Positions 35,323 through 47,700 of a stretch of 64,000 bases of DNA are shown here, piece after piece (positions within the stretch are counted from its first letter, which is position 1; the number at the start of each line of letters is the position of its first letter). The translations under genes and the position numbers were made by a program. The stretch covers positions 1 through 64,000 of the forward strand of contig MCFE01000073.1 in NCBI GenBank assembly GCA_002104905.1, written 5' to 3'. This DNA comes from Basidiobolus meristosporus CBS 931.73 (taxonomy: Eukaryota > Fungi > Basidiobolomycota). The notes under the pieces are model-generated. The model was not told the DNA's origin. It saw nothing but the letters and a program-made list of their open reading frames with translations, and did no database searches.

Positions 35323-36933
35323 CTAATTTTTACAAACAAAGTGACCAGCAACATTGGCTCCGACGGAACCTGAGATGGTAAGGCTACCGAATGAATTATC
35401 CAGCGAATCCTCCAACGAGTTCGAGATGCCGGAGTCAGTGTCGGAATCGAATTCTTGCCAATCCACTCTCCAGTCTACTCTACTCGGAGTCTTGACTTGA
35501 TGGGGAAGAACCATGGTGGTGTTGGGTGCGTTGAAATCGACTGGCGCAAACATCCGGCTGGACAATGTGTAGGTTTCCTCCAAGCTCTTCTCAGTCGGAG
35601 CTGTCAACGCTCTGCCTGGCAGTGGGAAAGGCTCCTCCATGCCCTTGAGGAGCCCCGAGCTATAGAAGATCTTTGGGCGGTAGCTGGGATCTTTATCCAT
35701 CACACTGGAGTTACGGAATTTCTCGATAAGTGCCATTTTTCCCTGGATGTTGGCGTATGACAAATGGCAGATCTTGTCCGAGTTGAACTTGCTCCACTTC
35801 CGGCCAACCCGATTCTCAATGAAGGAGAGAACGGCACTCACATCAATGAAGTTGATGAATGCGTATCCCACATTGCAGTGATTCTTGAAATCCATACGCA
35901 AATACACGAAGTCGTATTCGCCTTTGTGCGTCTCGTCAAGGCATTCGAGAAGCATCTTCTGGGTGTAACGATTGGGGATGTTTCGAATCATGAAGGTGGT
36001 TCGGTTGTCGTATCCATGCGCAATCTTCCAGACATCGATCTGGTTGCGGGATGGAACTATCTTTTCGTTTGGCTCCGCACTTCCGTAACCGGCGCCAACA
36101 TGTCTGTTCGGTGGTAGTGGTATGGTTGGCTGCGGCTTTGGGGTTGGAGCTGACCAATTCCAGTTAGCCGAATATGTCTGCTCACCGATGTGCTGTGCTC
36201 TGTTGGAAGTATGACCAAAAGGCGAGTACTGAGGTGGATGTGAAAAGGCTCCCAGATTTCTACTGGGATCCTCATTGAGAAGTCTGTAAGTTGACGCATA
36301 GATATCAGATTCAACTCGACGGCCGAACTTGGCTGGGCCATTTGGGGATGCATGGGAGGTGGTCGGACCATGCATTGGCTCATTCCATTTCATATCAACA
36401 GGTCTTCGAATAGGCTTGCAAATAGCACCGTTGTCTGTGCCGACCGATCCAACTGACTTGTGACCCATCCGGCTGGGAAGCTCGTAACCGTTGAACACTG
36501 GATCATTGTCAAATATTCTCGAATGCCAATCCTGGTGAGAAACAGGAATACCAGTGGCTGTGAGGGTTTGAGGCCAAGGGCCAGAAGTGCTGGATGCGAA
36601 ACTCTTTGAGGACTCGTAGATATTCTTCTGGTCCGAGGGAGATGTGAAGCTGTCGAATATCGATTGGTTGGGCGAACCGTTTCGGCTGCTCTTGCCTTTG
36701 TTCTGAAGGGAGGAGTCACAGTAAATAAATAAATGGCCACCAGGGAATAAACACAAGAAACAACAAACCTGACTTGGCTCACGGAGAGAATCCGTCAAGC
36801 ACTCTGAATCAAGTGGGCTATAGAGGGTTGGGTTCACGGTGGATCTCGTAATGTGGCCAGTAAGATTGGGAGAGCCGCCTTCGACAACCTCCTTGTTAGA
36901 AACACCGCAAACGTCAGAGGTGGATACTAGCAT
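35323..36933 (-). CDS. Mei2-like RNA-binding protein with only the C-terminal Mei2-type RRM
   Basis: RTTFMIRNIPNRYTQKML...YDFVYLRMDFKNHCNVGYAFINF...KWSKFNSDKICHLSYANIQG is the Mei2 RRM3 signature. The N-terminus is low-complexity; a probable in-frame intron lies at ~36707-36772. Confidence 0.88.
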   Translation of the reverse strand: MLVSTSDVCGVSNKEVVEGGSPNLTGHITRSTVNPTLYSPLDSECLTDSLREPSQVCCFLCLFPGGHLFIYCDSSLQNKGKSSRNGSPNQSIFDSFTSPSDQKNIYESSKSFASSTSGPWPQTLTATGIPVSHQDWHSRIFDNDPVFNGYELPSRMGHKSVGSVGTDNGAICKPIRRPVDMKWNEPMHGPTTSHASPNGPAKFGRRVESDIYASTYRLLNEDPSRNLGAFSHPPQYSPFGHTSNRAQHIGEQTYSANWNWSAPTPKPQPTIPLPPNRHVGAGYGSAEPNEKIVPSRNQIDVWKIAHGYDNRTTFMIRNIPNRYTQKMLLECLDETHKGEYDFVYLRMDFKNHCNVGYAFINFIDVSAVLSFIENRVGRKWSKFNSDKICHLSYANIQGKMALIEKFRNSSVMDKDPSYRPKIFYSSGLLKGMEEPFPLPGRALTAPTEKSLEETYTLSSRMFAPVDFNAPNTTMVLPHQVKTPSRVDWRVDWQEFDSDTDSGISNSLEDSLDNSFGSLTISGSVGANVAGHFVCKN

Positions 36934-38795
36934 GCTAAACTGACGAAACAGAGAAAGAAGGAAACAGGCAGGAATAAGAAGAAACTAAACAGCGTATTGG
37001 TTGGTATGGAAGGAAAATCTAGCTTTCGAGCAAAAATCAAAACTTGGGAGTGACACAATGACAGAGCGGTTTTGTCGTTCGATTCTATTGCAGGTAAAGA
37101 TCGTTACCCAAAAATCCGAATGTGGAATAGGCTAACTCGTGATAACGGATAGTGGCGAAAAAAAATTACGGAGCGGCAGGAGATTTTATAGTGGTTCGCC
37201 AGCTGGGGGAATCAAAAAATAAGCCGATAGTTATGGTGATGGTGTGTTCACAAGTGGGATCAGAATAAGCATCTCTATCCAAGCAACTCTATCTCTCCCT
37301 AATCACCCATGGCTTATCATTATATTCCGATCCAACAATGGTCGATAATTGTTGCGCTTCCAAAATCGGTGTGGAACAAAAGGGAAGTGGGGGATTAAAA
37401 TTGTTTGTTGGCATACAATCTGACCTGGATGGAAGTAGGGGGACTGAATGCGAATCCAGAACACAACATGGCTCTATGCTTATTCTGGCAAGTAATTGAG
37501 ACTAGTCGAATCAGAAGCCCACCTGCGTTTCTATATAAATCAGCACCCACCCAGATCGGATCCTGCAAGTGTAGGAGCGCTGTAACTCATTAGTTGGCTC
37601 GTTTACAAAGGGCGATAAGAGGTAAAACCTGCTCACAGGGCCAGGAGTCACGATGCATGGAAGCAATCAATTTAGCCACCACCGGTATTCAAGGGGTGAG
37701 GCCAACCCCCACCACAGGATCAATACAGAGCATCGTAGGGAGGGAAGGGATTAACAACGCATCCTAGGAGAGCAGGGAGATGCCTGGTGAGGTGTCTTCT
37801 CACGGCCCAAGGATAAATGCATGTCAGAAGTGATTGGCTGTGAGCCGACCGTTCTGAGAACATTGTAAGATCTATATGACCCTCGCCCGAAATGGAAACC
37901 CACCATTGCGGCATTTTAGATTGATTAGCAGATACAATCTATTAGGCTGCGAGTGGATTGTTCTACCACCCGTTGATAAGCATAATATGTGTTCTCGTTC
38001 TTGATAAGTGACTGGTCGGCCAGAGCAACGTTAGGTTTCTGCAGGCAGAACCAGTTGGTGATCTCCAAAACGAGTAAATCTGGTGTTTACCGATTGTTGC
38101 GTCGCCTGGCTTTGTTCATTATTGGCGGGTGCACAGTCAATGCCGTTGTTTTCCTTCCACCTCAAACCACTGGGAATGCATTATAAGACGAGTCTCACCC
38201 AGTTTGGTATGCTCTGTTGTTGGGTTTCACTGCCCATCATTGCACCACCGATATTAGCCTTTTTGTTTATCGCATGATTCATTGACTACCAATTGACCTG
38301 TGTTCCATATGTTATACTCATCCGAAACATGCTTAAACTGCATTTCTTATGCTTAGATTTGTGGTTTGTGGTTTGTGGTCAATTTGATTGTCCTTTGATC
38401 GTAGACATATTCAATCGCCCCCACTTGGCTGGCTTTTATTTGCTCCCCTCTTGAAACCGCCGTTACCAAATTTCTGGAACTCATCAAAATCATGCATTTT
38501 CCTGATGACACGGCTCCCATCGATGACCCACCTAAAGGTTGCGACTGTTGTGGGGAATATGTAGGTGAGGTTTAGTTGAACTACGTTCATAACAAGTGAA
38601 GTATCCTATGTTGTGTTGTCCTGGTCGAGGCTTGTTTACGTGAATAAATGTTGGTTTTATATCTTTATGCCCGAGCCGGAAATGACTCCGATCCAAAGTG
38701 GCCTTCCGAAGTAAACTGAGAGGAAACGCTCTCTAATCGCAAGCGGCTCCTTCGCCAAAGAAATCTCCAGAATCAAAGCGATTCGTTCGGGAGAA

Positions 38796-39002
38796 CTAGT
38801 CCTCCATCGATTCCTCTTCGGGAACTTCGGATGAAGGGGTGTGCTTCTGAGCTAACAACTCGGTCAGGTAACCATTGCAGTCATCTTGCAAAGCCTTGAT
38901 CGCCTCCGATAGTTCTTGAAGCTTATCTGAGCAATTGCTTCCGGCCACCCGAAATTCTCTTGCTTTGGAGGTACCTTGGTAATGAATAGCTGATGCGAGC
39001 AT
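38796..39002 (-). CDS. GON7: Small protein resembling KEOPS/EKC subunit Gon7 (68 aa)
   Basis: MLASAIHY...LQELSEAIKALQDDCNGYLTELL plus an acidic tail resembles the yeast Gon7 helix LGQLRTQLTGLQDDINEFLT. Confidence 0.6.
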   Translation of the reverse strand: MLASAIHYQGTSKAREFRVAGSNCSDKLQELSEAIKALQDDCNGYLTELLAQKHTPSSEVPEEESMED

Positions 39003-39137
39003 GGTAGATATGCAACTAGTCCAGACGAACAAGGTCTGGTTCGATGAGGGGGGTTAATTTATGGATGAATCAAATCGATCTCGCGAAAATCTACGATAAA
39101 ATTGACCAGCTTTATTACGAACAAACTACCAGGCGGG

Positions 39138-42100
39138 CTACACATCGATCATCTGCGTAACGATGGAGTAGGCTGGCTGGTACTTGAACTTCTCTTGACC
39201 GAAATTACAAATCGAGCGGGGGATGAATCGGAAATAAGGCAAAAGTAGTGTCTTCTGTGGAACGGGTATGCGCGCTATATCAAACGTTAGCCAGGAACAT
39301 GGTGGGGCTGGCATTTGACTTACCTAGAAGATCTCCGTTGTGAGTAAAGAACACGACTTTTTCATCCTCGGAGTAGCCGCAGCCCACATAATCCCCGTGC
39401 TCGACTGGGCGAGCGGTCTTGACCCTCTCGAATGACAGCACATCCCCATTCCCGGCCGAGAATGGCTCATCCTCCAAGCGAGGTCTTACCAGATCGCTCG
39501 TCACGTTTCTGAAAAACATTTCGTCGAGGTACGAGTGTCGGATAGTGGCGGTGCAGTACTCGAAGGGGCCCATGATCGACATGTAGATGGTGTCGTCTCT
39601 ATCGATCATACCTATTTGTGGATACCTGGGAGTCTGGTGAGATTTGGTTGAAATATGACGCCGCCCACTGGAATACTTACAGCCCATCTATGAGTCCTTT
39701 CAGTCCAATGCATATCTCGAAATAAAACGCGTCGACAAAATTTGGCTCTGGCAAATCAACATTCGGGCTGATCCCTTTCAGTCTTAACATGCGCGAGAAC
39801 GGCAAATCAAGGTCCGTCTCCGAAAATCCAAACTTGGAGGCCTCGAGAGATATGTGTCCCGATGTGTCAGATGCAGAATCCTCGTTATCGTCGTCCTTCG
39901 AAGGGTCTGCTATCTGAGCACGGCCCGTCTCTGAAGTTGTGGGCTGGCCGCCTTCATTCGTCAGTTCACTGTAGTCATCTAGCGGCATGGGGGATGGCTG
40001 GCCTGGAGAGGCCATGTCCGATTCACTCATGGACTCTGGCTCTTCCGTTAGATAGGAGACCGATGACATTATCTCTTGGGGTGTGGCAGAGGGCAGCCTT
40101 GTTTCGCATGTTATGCTGGTGTTAGCCCTAACCTTGCCACTTGCATCCGGCTGTGAGCTTGCTGCGAGTAAGTAGGAGTCATCTAGCTTTCCCTCCATGA
40201 TCAGATTCCCATCGATTTTACTAGTTTCCAGAATGGAGGCAACGGCTGTGTAGTTCTTGGGCAAGAATCTCAAGGGGTCCAGCTTCCCGCCAAAGTAGGT
40301 TCTGCAGCCCTGTCCCGAGGCAAGTGACAGCGCTGGGTACCATATCGTGTCTGAAGAAACATTGGTGAATGCCACCCCCAGGTATGAGCCGTTTCTATAG
40401 TATTCGATGATCCCGTGATCAAGGTCAATGCATGAGGTGATTATGTCGCCTGTGCTCCATTTGTCTCCGTATTGGTTATTGATCGGGCATATCCCGTGCC
40501 ATTTCTTGCTTCGTTGACCATCGTAAGAGTAGGAATGGATATCGTCTCCAACACCCGAGCCCCCTTCGGGGTCAAATCTACACAGCTTCGAGGCCCATCC
40601 CAACTGAACCAAGCCATCGGTATTCAATTTGACCTCGTACGCGTACTTCCCTTTCCCCTGCACTCCCCTGGTTGCCCTGATGCTTCCGAATGTCCATAGC
40701 TCGTTCCGTACCTCCAGATTGTCTTTGAGCATTACCAGGTGCTTCGTTCTATCTGCACGACTTAGGCCAAGGTATCTTGCTCGACCCACAGACTCACAGG
40801 CCGCGAAGGAATAATTGGAGCAGTGGCTTAGCAGCGACTGGGTGTAGAACACGATGGCCGACGTTTGCGTCAAAGGCTTGAAAAGCCCACGCCAGGCGTT
40901 CACCAAGATCTCCGGGGATTCCAGACACCTCTGGAGGTGGCTTTTGGATAGCATCGTCGATATGGCAATGGCCGAGTTTTCGAGGGCCGGTCGGCAATGG
41001 GTTTGAACTAGCAGCGCAGTCTTCAGAAATCCGTGCTCTATAAGATAATCTCTGATAATGGGGTATTTCGACAGCGCTACCAACACGTTCAGCGCATAAT
41101 TGCACAGAGACACCTTGGTGCTTTTGATGTCGATCTCTACATCATTGACCTCTCTGGAGTCCTCTGGGTCTCCGTCGAATGACAATCCGAACACCCCTTC
41201 GGATTTGGGGGAGAACTGGTGGGGATTGGAGGTCTCGAGGGTCTCTAGTTTGATTTCTTCGAAGTAATGGCGAACCATACATGCCAGATTACTCCGGTTA
41301 TCACCATCGGCATCCCAAGGTTTCCCTGTTGAGGAGTTCGGATCCATGTCCAATCTGGGCATCTGGCTATTGACCAGTGGCAGGGAAGCTACGTCCACCA
41401 GAATGCGTAGTAGCTTTAACAGCTCGCCCTCGTACAACTGGCCAGTCTGAGGATCCTTGTTCTGTGCGATGAAGTCCTCAAATGCGCGGTCATACTCAGC
41501 AAAGATGTGTAGTGCCCGCATGAAATTGATGAATCGTTCTGCCAGCAGTGCAGAGGGGATGATGATCCTGGGATCAAAGCCATCTATGGCCCTGATTTCA
41601 TCCAGAGTTATCCTGCGTAATTGTAGTGGGCGATCAGTCCGGAGCTCATTGGACACGAAGAATTCTCGGTTGACGTCGATCGGATACAGGTCAGACTCTA
41701 GGCTAAGTATCGTCTCTTCGCCCAGATCGATCGTGTGCTCTATCAAGGGCTCCACTATCATCGTGAAGATTCGCCGAAAGAAGCTAGTTTCTAAAGGCTC
41801 GGTCAGTGAAGTGCCGTCGATCCTTAAAGTAAACACCCAAACTACCGTGGTTGGCCAGAATCACCAGTGTCTTTGCGCACGTTCTCTGTATCTTCCCTCG
41901 GTCCCCGTTCAAAATATGGAGCATGAGTTGGTTTGTGCAGGCCGATTGGATGATTTTCTGGGTCATTGAGTCTGTAGGAATGGGTTAGCTTGGGATACGA
42001 CCGCGTGGATGATTTACTGAGCTCCTACTTGACATCGACGCTAGATTAAAGAGGATTGCGGTGGCCGAGTATTGCAGGTCGTAGTCGCTTGACCTTAGGA

Positions 42101-44112
42101 ACTGATAGATAACGTCCAGTAGCTCTGGTTGGTTGATGAGAGCTTCGTGATTCTTGACTAGTTGGGGGGGGGATTAGGACTGCTAGGGTGGCTTCAGTGC
42201 GGGTAAAGTTACCTGAAGAGCATATATACGATAGGATCTCGACCAGGTATAGTTGAACAATGGTGTTGGTGGATGAGTCGAATTCTAAGAGAAGCGGTAG
42301 CCCTCCGGCGTCAATGATTTCGGTGTGTGCTTGAGCTGGTCGACCAAATACAATGAATAACTGCCCGTTCCACTAGGTACGTTCTCACTTACGATGACTA
42401 GCCACCTCATGCAGGAGAGCCAATGCCCAGTATTGGACATCCTCGTCCTCGCTGGAGAGGCAAGTGACGATCTTCTTGATGGTTCCCGAGGTGATGATCT
42501 TCAGTTGAAAGCTCTCTATAACAGGTGGAGTTGAGTGGGAATTTCGGGGAGGGGTGGCCACACTAGCTCTTACCATTGTGCAATGCCAGGAACCGAAGAG
42601 TGCGCAGCGCAATTTTGGAGATGTATGTTTCTTCTGCACTGAGCAAGTTCGTGACCAGCTTGAGGATTCCTCTGATCTGACGAAACATCGGTCGGGCGAC
42701 ATCTAGATGGACTTCTTAGTGGCCGTCGACTGGCTACAGTATAGCTCTGACCAGACCAACCTTTCACTACGAATTCGTGCATTAATCCAATAGCCCAGTA
42801 AATTAATTCTCCATCCTCTGGAATGATTGGGATTAGCTCTGGCTCTGGGTTTGGTAGGAGGTCTAGTAATTACCGCTGCGAAGGCAGGCTGAAATCAACG
42901 AATCCATCTTGTAATCAAGTAGCGTATAAAGCTGTGGGATGGCGTCTGTGTGCAACGTAATGTAAATGGGTTGACCTGGCGATGTAATGCCTCTATCTTC
43001 CTACCTGAAGGCTCCATTGAGGCGACTATCCGTACCAAGGTTTGAAGACAAACCTTGGGCATATTTACATTTCCAAAGGTCCTTCGAGTCAGGTCCGCCA
43101 AGAGTGGTATATAGTTGGCACGTATCATCTGTGGGTGTAACTCCTCTAGAATACCGTCATTTGAGTGAATAGCTAGGATGCTTGGCAGGCTCGAAATCTA
43201 CGAACCGGAGAACGAGAGGTGGTACACCAGCATTAAGGACCAGTACTTCATTTCGTTACTGTACTTGCTGAAGTTCCGAAGAAACCTTGTCAACGGCTCA
43301 ATAACTCCATACGCTACTATGGTATTCTTGCGCTCGTCTTGAAAAACCAGATGAACTTGGGCTCGTAACCAGATGTGTTCACCTTAACATACCACTTGCA
43401 TTGACGAGATCACACAGAATCACTGCCGCGTGCTTATAGATTATCTCGGTATTATCGTTGCTCAACATTTCCACCAGGATCTTTAAAGCCCCCGCATTGA
43501 CCAATAGTATCTTGTTGTCCTCTGTGGGAAGCGGGTTAGCCATGATAGCAAGATAGACCTATCCACTTCACGGCCATACCGTTTCTAGATAGCAGTTGAA
43601 GTGTAGTGATGGCCTTGAGTTTTATGTCCTCGTTGTTTTCCTGCTTGCACGCCTGAATCAAGAATTCCAGATGCGGCTCTTAAAACAAAGGGTCAATCTT
43701 CTTTGATTCTGCTGGGCATTTGAGGAGGAGATCTCACCTGATATGGCTCTATCTAATAGAAGGCGGAATGCGCTAGGTTTTCAAAGTGGGGATTAGTCGA
43801 TGAGCCTGACAGTCGAAAACGGTGTGGGAATAGTAGACCTGGTTTGTAAGCCAACATTATTGCAACGAGCCAAATCGGCTAAGGATTTGGAGCTTATACC
43901 TAGCAAATCAAATAAATTAGCCTCGTTCGATGAAGCCGGGTCGCCTGCAGCTTACAGTCTTCCAGATGCTTCTGGCTCCAGTTTTTAAGAAGTGAACGGC
44001 GAATATTGCTGTTTTTGTGAGAGCTCTCGACATGCCGCCAAACCGAAAGCAACATGTACACCGACGCAAAGCCAATAGAGAAATACAAAAAGCCAGACGT
44101 TGAATCGGACAT
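39138..44112 (-). CDS. N-terminally membrane-anchored ARM-repeat plus tandem SPRY-domain protein, multi-exon
   Basis: N-terminal hydrophobic helix FLYFSIGFASVYMLLSVW; ARM-like exons (VNAGALKILVEML, QYWALALLHEV); RSPRY1/RNF123-type SPRY (YAYEVKLNTDGLVQLGW...GVGDDIHSYSYDG...W..GDII...D); second SPRY-like end (GDYVGCGY...FFTHNG...CNFGQEKFKY). No RING seen. Confidence 0.8.
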
Positions 44113-44698
44113 CCTCGGTATGCGGCTGTGTGGTGTGGGGAAGGGAAAGGATGAGAATCAAATAATACCAGTCAGAACGGCGGTTTGGTTGGGCCTGGCT
44201 TCAAGGACTAACAAGCTGCATGTGCAATACTGGAGTTACCACCACACGCTACGTCAGTTGGTGATTTTGAATGTTGGCCGGTTTAGACAGGAATAGAGAT
44301 CAGCTTAAGTTAGACGCGAACCAAATCCTGCTTGTGGCAATGGGTGGCTGACTCGTAACGAATTCGGAGATGCTACGCCACTCAGTTCGGACAACGATTA
44401 TCAACAATCGAATCTCTGTCCATCATATCTAATGTATGGATAATCTCTCTATCGTGCACCATCTTATAGCTCCAAGTCCATATACGCTTTACTAAGCGGA
44501 ACGATCAATTATTATCTAGTTCATCTGGTTGTCTGTCATACCATCTGCATCTATTGCCTTCATCCCCAACTTCTACCAAGCGGTAACCTACAAACCCAGG
44601 TTACACAGATTTACTTGCTCTCTATAAACTTGTCCCTCGAGACTTGCGAACGGTTGAAGTTCCACTTTCTCAGCTCTTCATAACACTCCAACCCCATC

Positions 44699-45917
44699 AT
44701 GCTTCGTAGCGCTTTGACCTCTATTTCCCGTACTGCTCTCTCCGGCAGAAAGCTCGTTTCCCCTACTTCCTATGCTCCTGCAATGCTATCACAGATTCGC
44801 TCTCAGTCCACTGCAGCCAAGACTGAGGTACATTCCACCTTCCATCATTTACACCCAGTGGCTAATTCTCTGTTCCATAGATGACCGTGCGTGATGCCTT
44901 GAACAGCGCCCTTGATGAGGAACTTGCTCGTGACAACACGGTGTACTTGATGGGTGAGGAGGTTGCTCAGTACAATGGTGCCTACAAGGTAATGAGACTT
45001 TGAGGTTTCCCACGATGGCGATATACTGACACCCCTTCCAGGTCTCCAAGGGCCTTCTCGATAAATACGGACCCAAGAGAATTGTTGACACTCCTATCAC
45101 AGAAGCTGGTTTCACCGGTATTGCTATTGGCTCCGCCTTCAGCGGTCTCAAGCCCGTTGTTGAATTCATGACCTTCAACTTCGCCATGCAAGCCATCGAT
45201 CACATTGTCAACTCCGCAGCCAAGACCCGTTATATGGCTGGTGGCAATGTCTCATGCCCCATTGTGTTCCGTGGCCCCAACGGAGCTGCTGCCGGTGTCG
45301 CCGCCCAGCATTCCCAATGCTACGCCGCCTGGTACGGATCTGTTCCTGGATTGAAGGTCATCTCTCCATGGAATAGTGAGGATGCCCGTGGTCTCTTGAA
45401 GGCCGCCATTCGTGACCCTAACCCCGTTGTTTTCCTTGAAAATGAAATCGTATACGGCACCTCTTTCCCCGTCTCCCCCGAGGTTTTGGACAAGGATTTC
45501 GTCATCGAGATCGGCAAGGCCAAGATCGAGCGTGAGGGTAAGGATGTTACCATCGTTGCCCACTCCAAGCCCGTGGGTGACTCCTTGGCTGCAGCTGAGT
45601 TGTTGGCCAAGCACGGTATCGAGGCTGAGGTGATCAATCTTCGCTCCATTCGTCCACTGGACATTGACACCATCATTAAATCGGTCAAGAAGACCAATCG
45701 CTTGGTCACCGTTGAGGGTGGATGGCCAATGTTCGGTGTTGGCTCCGAGATCTGTGCTCAAATCATGGAGAGTGAGGCATTCGACTACTTGGATGCCCCA
45801 GTCGAGAGGATCACTGGTGCTGATATCCCCATGCCATATGCCAAGCCCTTGGAAGACGTCTCCCTGCCCACCACTGACCTCATCGCTGATGTGGTCAAGC
45901 GTGTCCTTCAAAAATAA
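44699..45917 (+). CDS. PDB1: Pyruvate dehydrogenase E1 beta subunit, mitochondrial
   Basis: Presequence, [74 protein letters not shown]. Confidence 0.98.
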
Positions 45918-46331
45918 CTCCGTCCCCATTCCGCGCCCATCCCGTACCTTTTTGACTAGTGCATTTTAACCTAGAATACCCCATTCATTCATCATCCAAT
46001 CCAAAATTAAATCATCCAGATGTGTAACTGCGATCATTTCTCCACCCGTTCGGGGTCGGGGTATTGCATGATAAACAAGTTCTTCCAAATCACCCTTCCG
46101 CCTTCCCTAACTGCCAACTAATAGTACCAATTTAGATGATCGCCTGCACGCTCACATCGATCATCTACATCTTGTCGCTCAGTGGTTTATATTCGTTGTG
46201 TTCGAGTACATTTGGCTGGACAGTCTGGGGGTTGAGAGTCTAATAGTATGTACAGGAGCAGTAGGGCATTATGAGTGATATTATATAGTACAGTGGGGAA
46301 TGATGGGTGTAGAGTGGCGGTGGGCTATACA

Positions 46332-47419
46332 TCAATGATTGTCCTGCAGCTTCAAAGCGTCAGTGTTGGTGTCCGTCCTGTCAGCTTCGGTTTGGACCGT
46401 AGATAAGATCTCCATAGAGAAGCATTCGGAGTCCCCAAGGGTCGAGCCCGTGGTTACTGCGAGTGACCGGGACGTGGACCTTTGGAGGTTCTTGGCTCGG
46501 AAGGCCACCACTGCGTTGGTTAGAAATCTAGACGCTAGAGCCACTGACAACCCAAAGTTAGTATATATTGATAGTGGCTGTCTGTGAAGTGGGGTCACTT
46601 ACTGCCCAAGTAGTACGGAAGAATGGTGTTGGTGATGTTGTTGTCACTCAGCAAAGTCATCAGGATTACTATGAACATGGTGACTGCGCTGATGATGAAA
46701 AAATGAATGCTCTTCTTGACGATCCGGTAATACGACCGAATCCGTTGGGAGAGGTCGGTCTGGAATAAAGAGGGCTCTATGTCCGTCTTTATCATTTGAA
46801 TATGCTTTCTTATGGAGAGGATAAACAGGATGCAGAAGAAAAAATTCGCCACCAAGTCGATCCCCATGACATAGTTGAGCTCGAAAGGCAGGTTGACGTA
46901 CTCGCAAACGTGAAGTACGGCCGATAGGGAGGAATTAAGGTTGAGGAGAACGAATGTGAAGGGGATGTATTTGCTGGCACACAGTACGACCCCTACATAG
47001 GCCAGAACCCTACGCTTTTCGTTGACCACGCAAGCCCGTAGAAGTAATACGATGTCGGTGCAGCTGGCGGCCAGTTGGAAAAGCACGAGGGACAGGGCGT
47101 TTCGCACAACGCAGTTGGCTTCGAATATGAAGTAATAAGTTATGATGACAACTGAGCCGCAAAAACCGAATATACACCCTGCCAAGCAGACAACAGTCAT
47201 GGGACGTGGTTGGGACAGAACTTTCGACTGGACGATGCTCCACATCCCAGTCAGGAAAAGTATGGCAACGAAACAATACACCATCAAACTGCCGTTCGCA
47301 ACCAAGAGCTGATTATGAAAGTAGGCTTCCCAGTCCTGCAAGGTAATCTCTGAACCATGTACATCGTAAGCCATCAAGAGCAGAACTATCAAAAGGTTTG
47401 TGGAATCAACCACCACCAT
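46332..47419 (-). CDS. 7-transmembrane GPCR-like membrane protein, 2 exons
   Basis: Signal-like N-terminus, seven hydrophobic helices, Cys at the top of TM3 (NCVVR) and in ECL2 (HVCEY), LLLRA at the DRY position. Intron ca|gtaagt...tactaac...tcag joins ORF 46595-47419 to a Ser/Thr-rich tail. Confidence 0.7.
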
Positions 47420-47700
47420 CCATTCGCGTTATATCGAAGGTTAAAATCTGCACAGTGTCACAAAAGAGATCTATGGCAGCAATGATCTCATGCGGGCGAA
47501 TCTAGCCTGTGTGTGAAGCCCATCCGTGTGTTTCAATCGAGAACAATCAGACTTGTTATGGCACGTCACACGTGACTGATTAGGCAATTGCCCAAAAGAG
47601 TGTGGTAATCGACCAAATACTGGAGTTTATTATCAGAAATATATTATGAGTTATGTACTAATGAGTCAAAGGGAAGTCTATGTTGTGGAGTCGAATTGGC

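Noticed and set aside
37000-38780. Possible hidden gene or ncRNA upstream of the Mei2-like gene
   Set aside because: Only short motif-less ORFs and a (GTGGTTT)x3 slip. No tRNA T-loop or clustered TR-box (TTCTTTGTT) motifs were found.
45252-45929. 225-aa antisense ORF over PDB1 (likewise 28279-28965 over MSS51 and 32564-32932 over RPS15)
   Set aside because: An expected by-product of strong codon bias in highly expressed genes; no recognisable domains.
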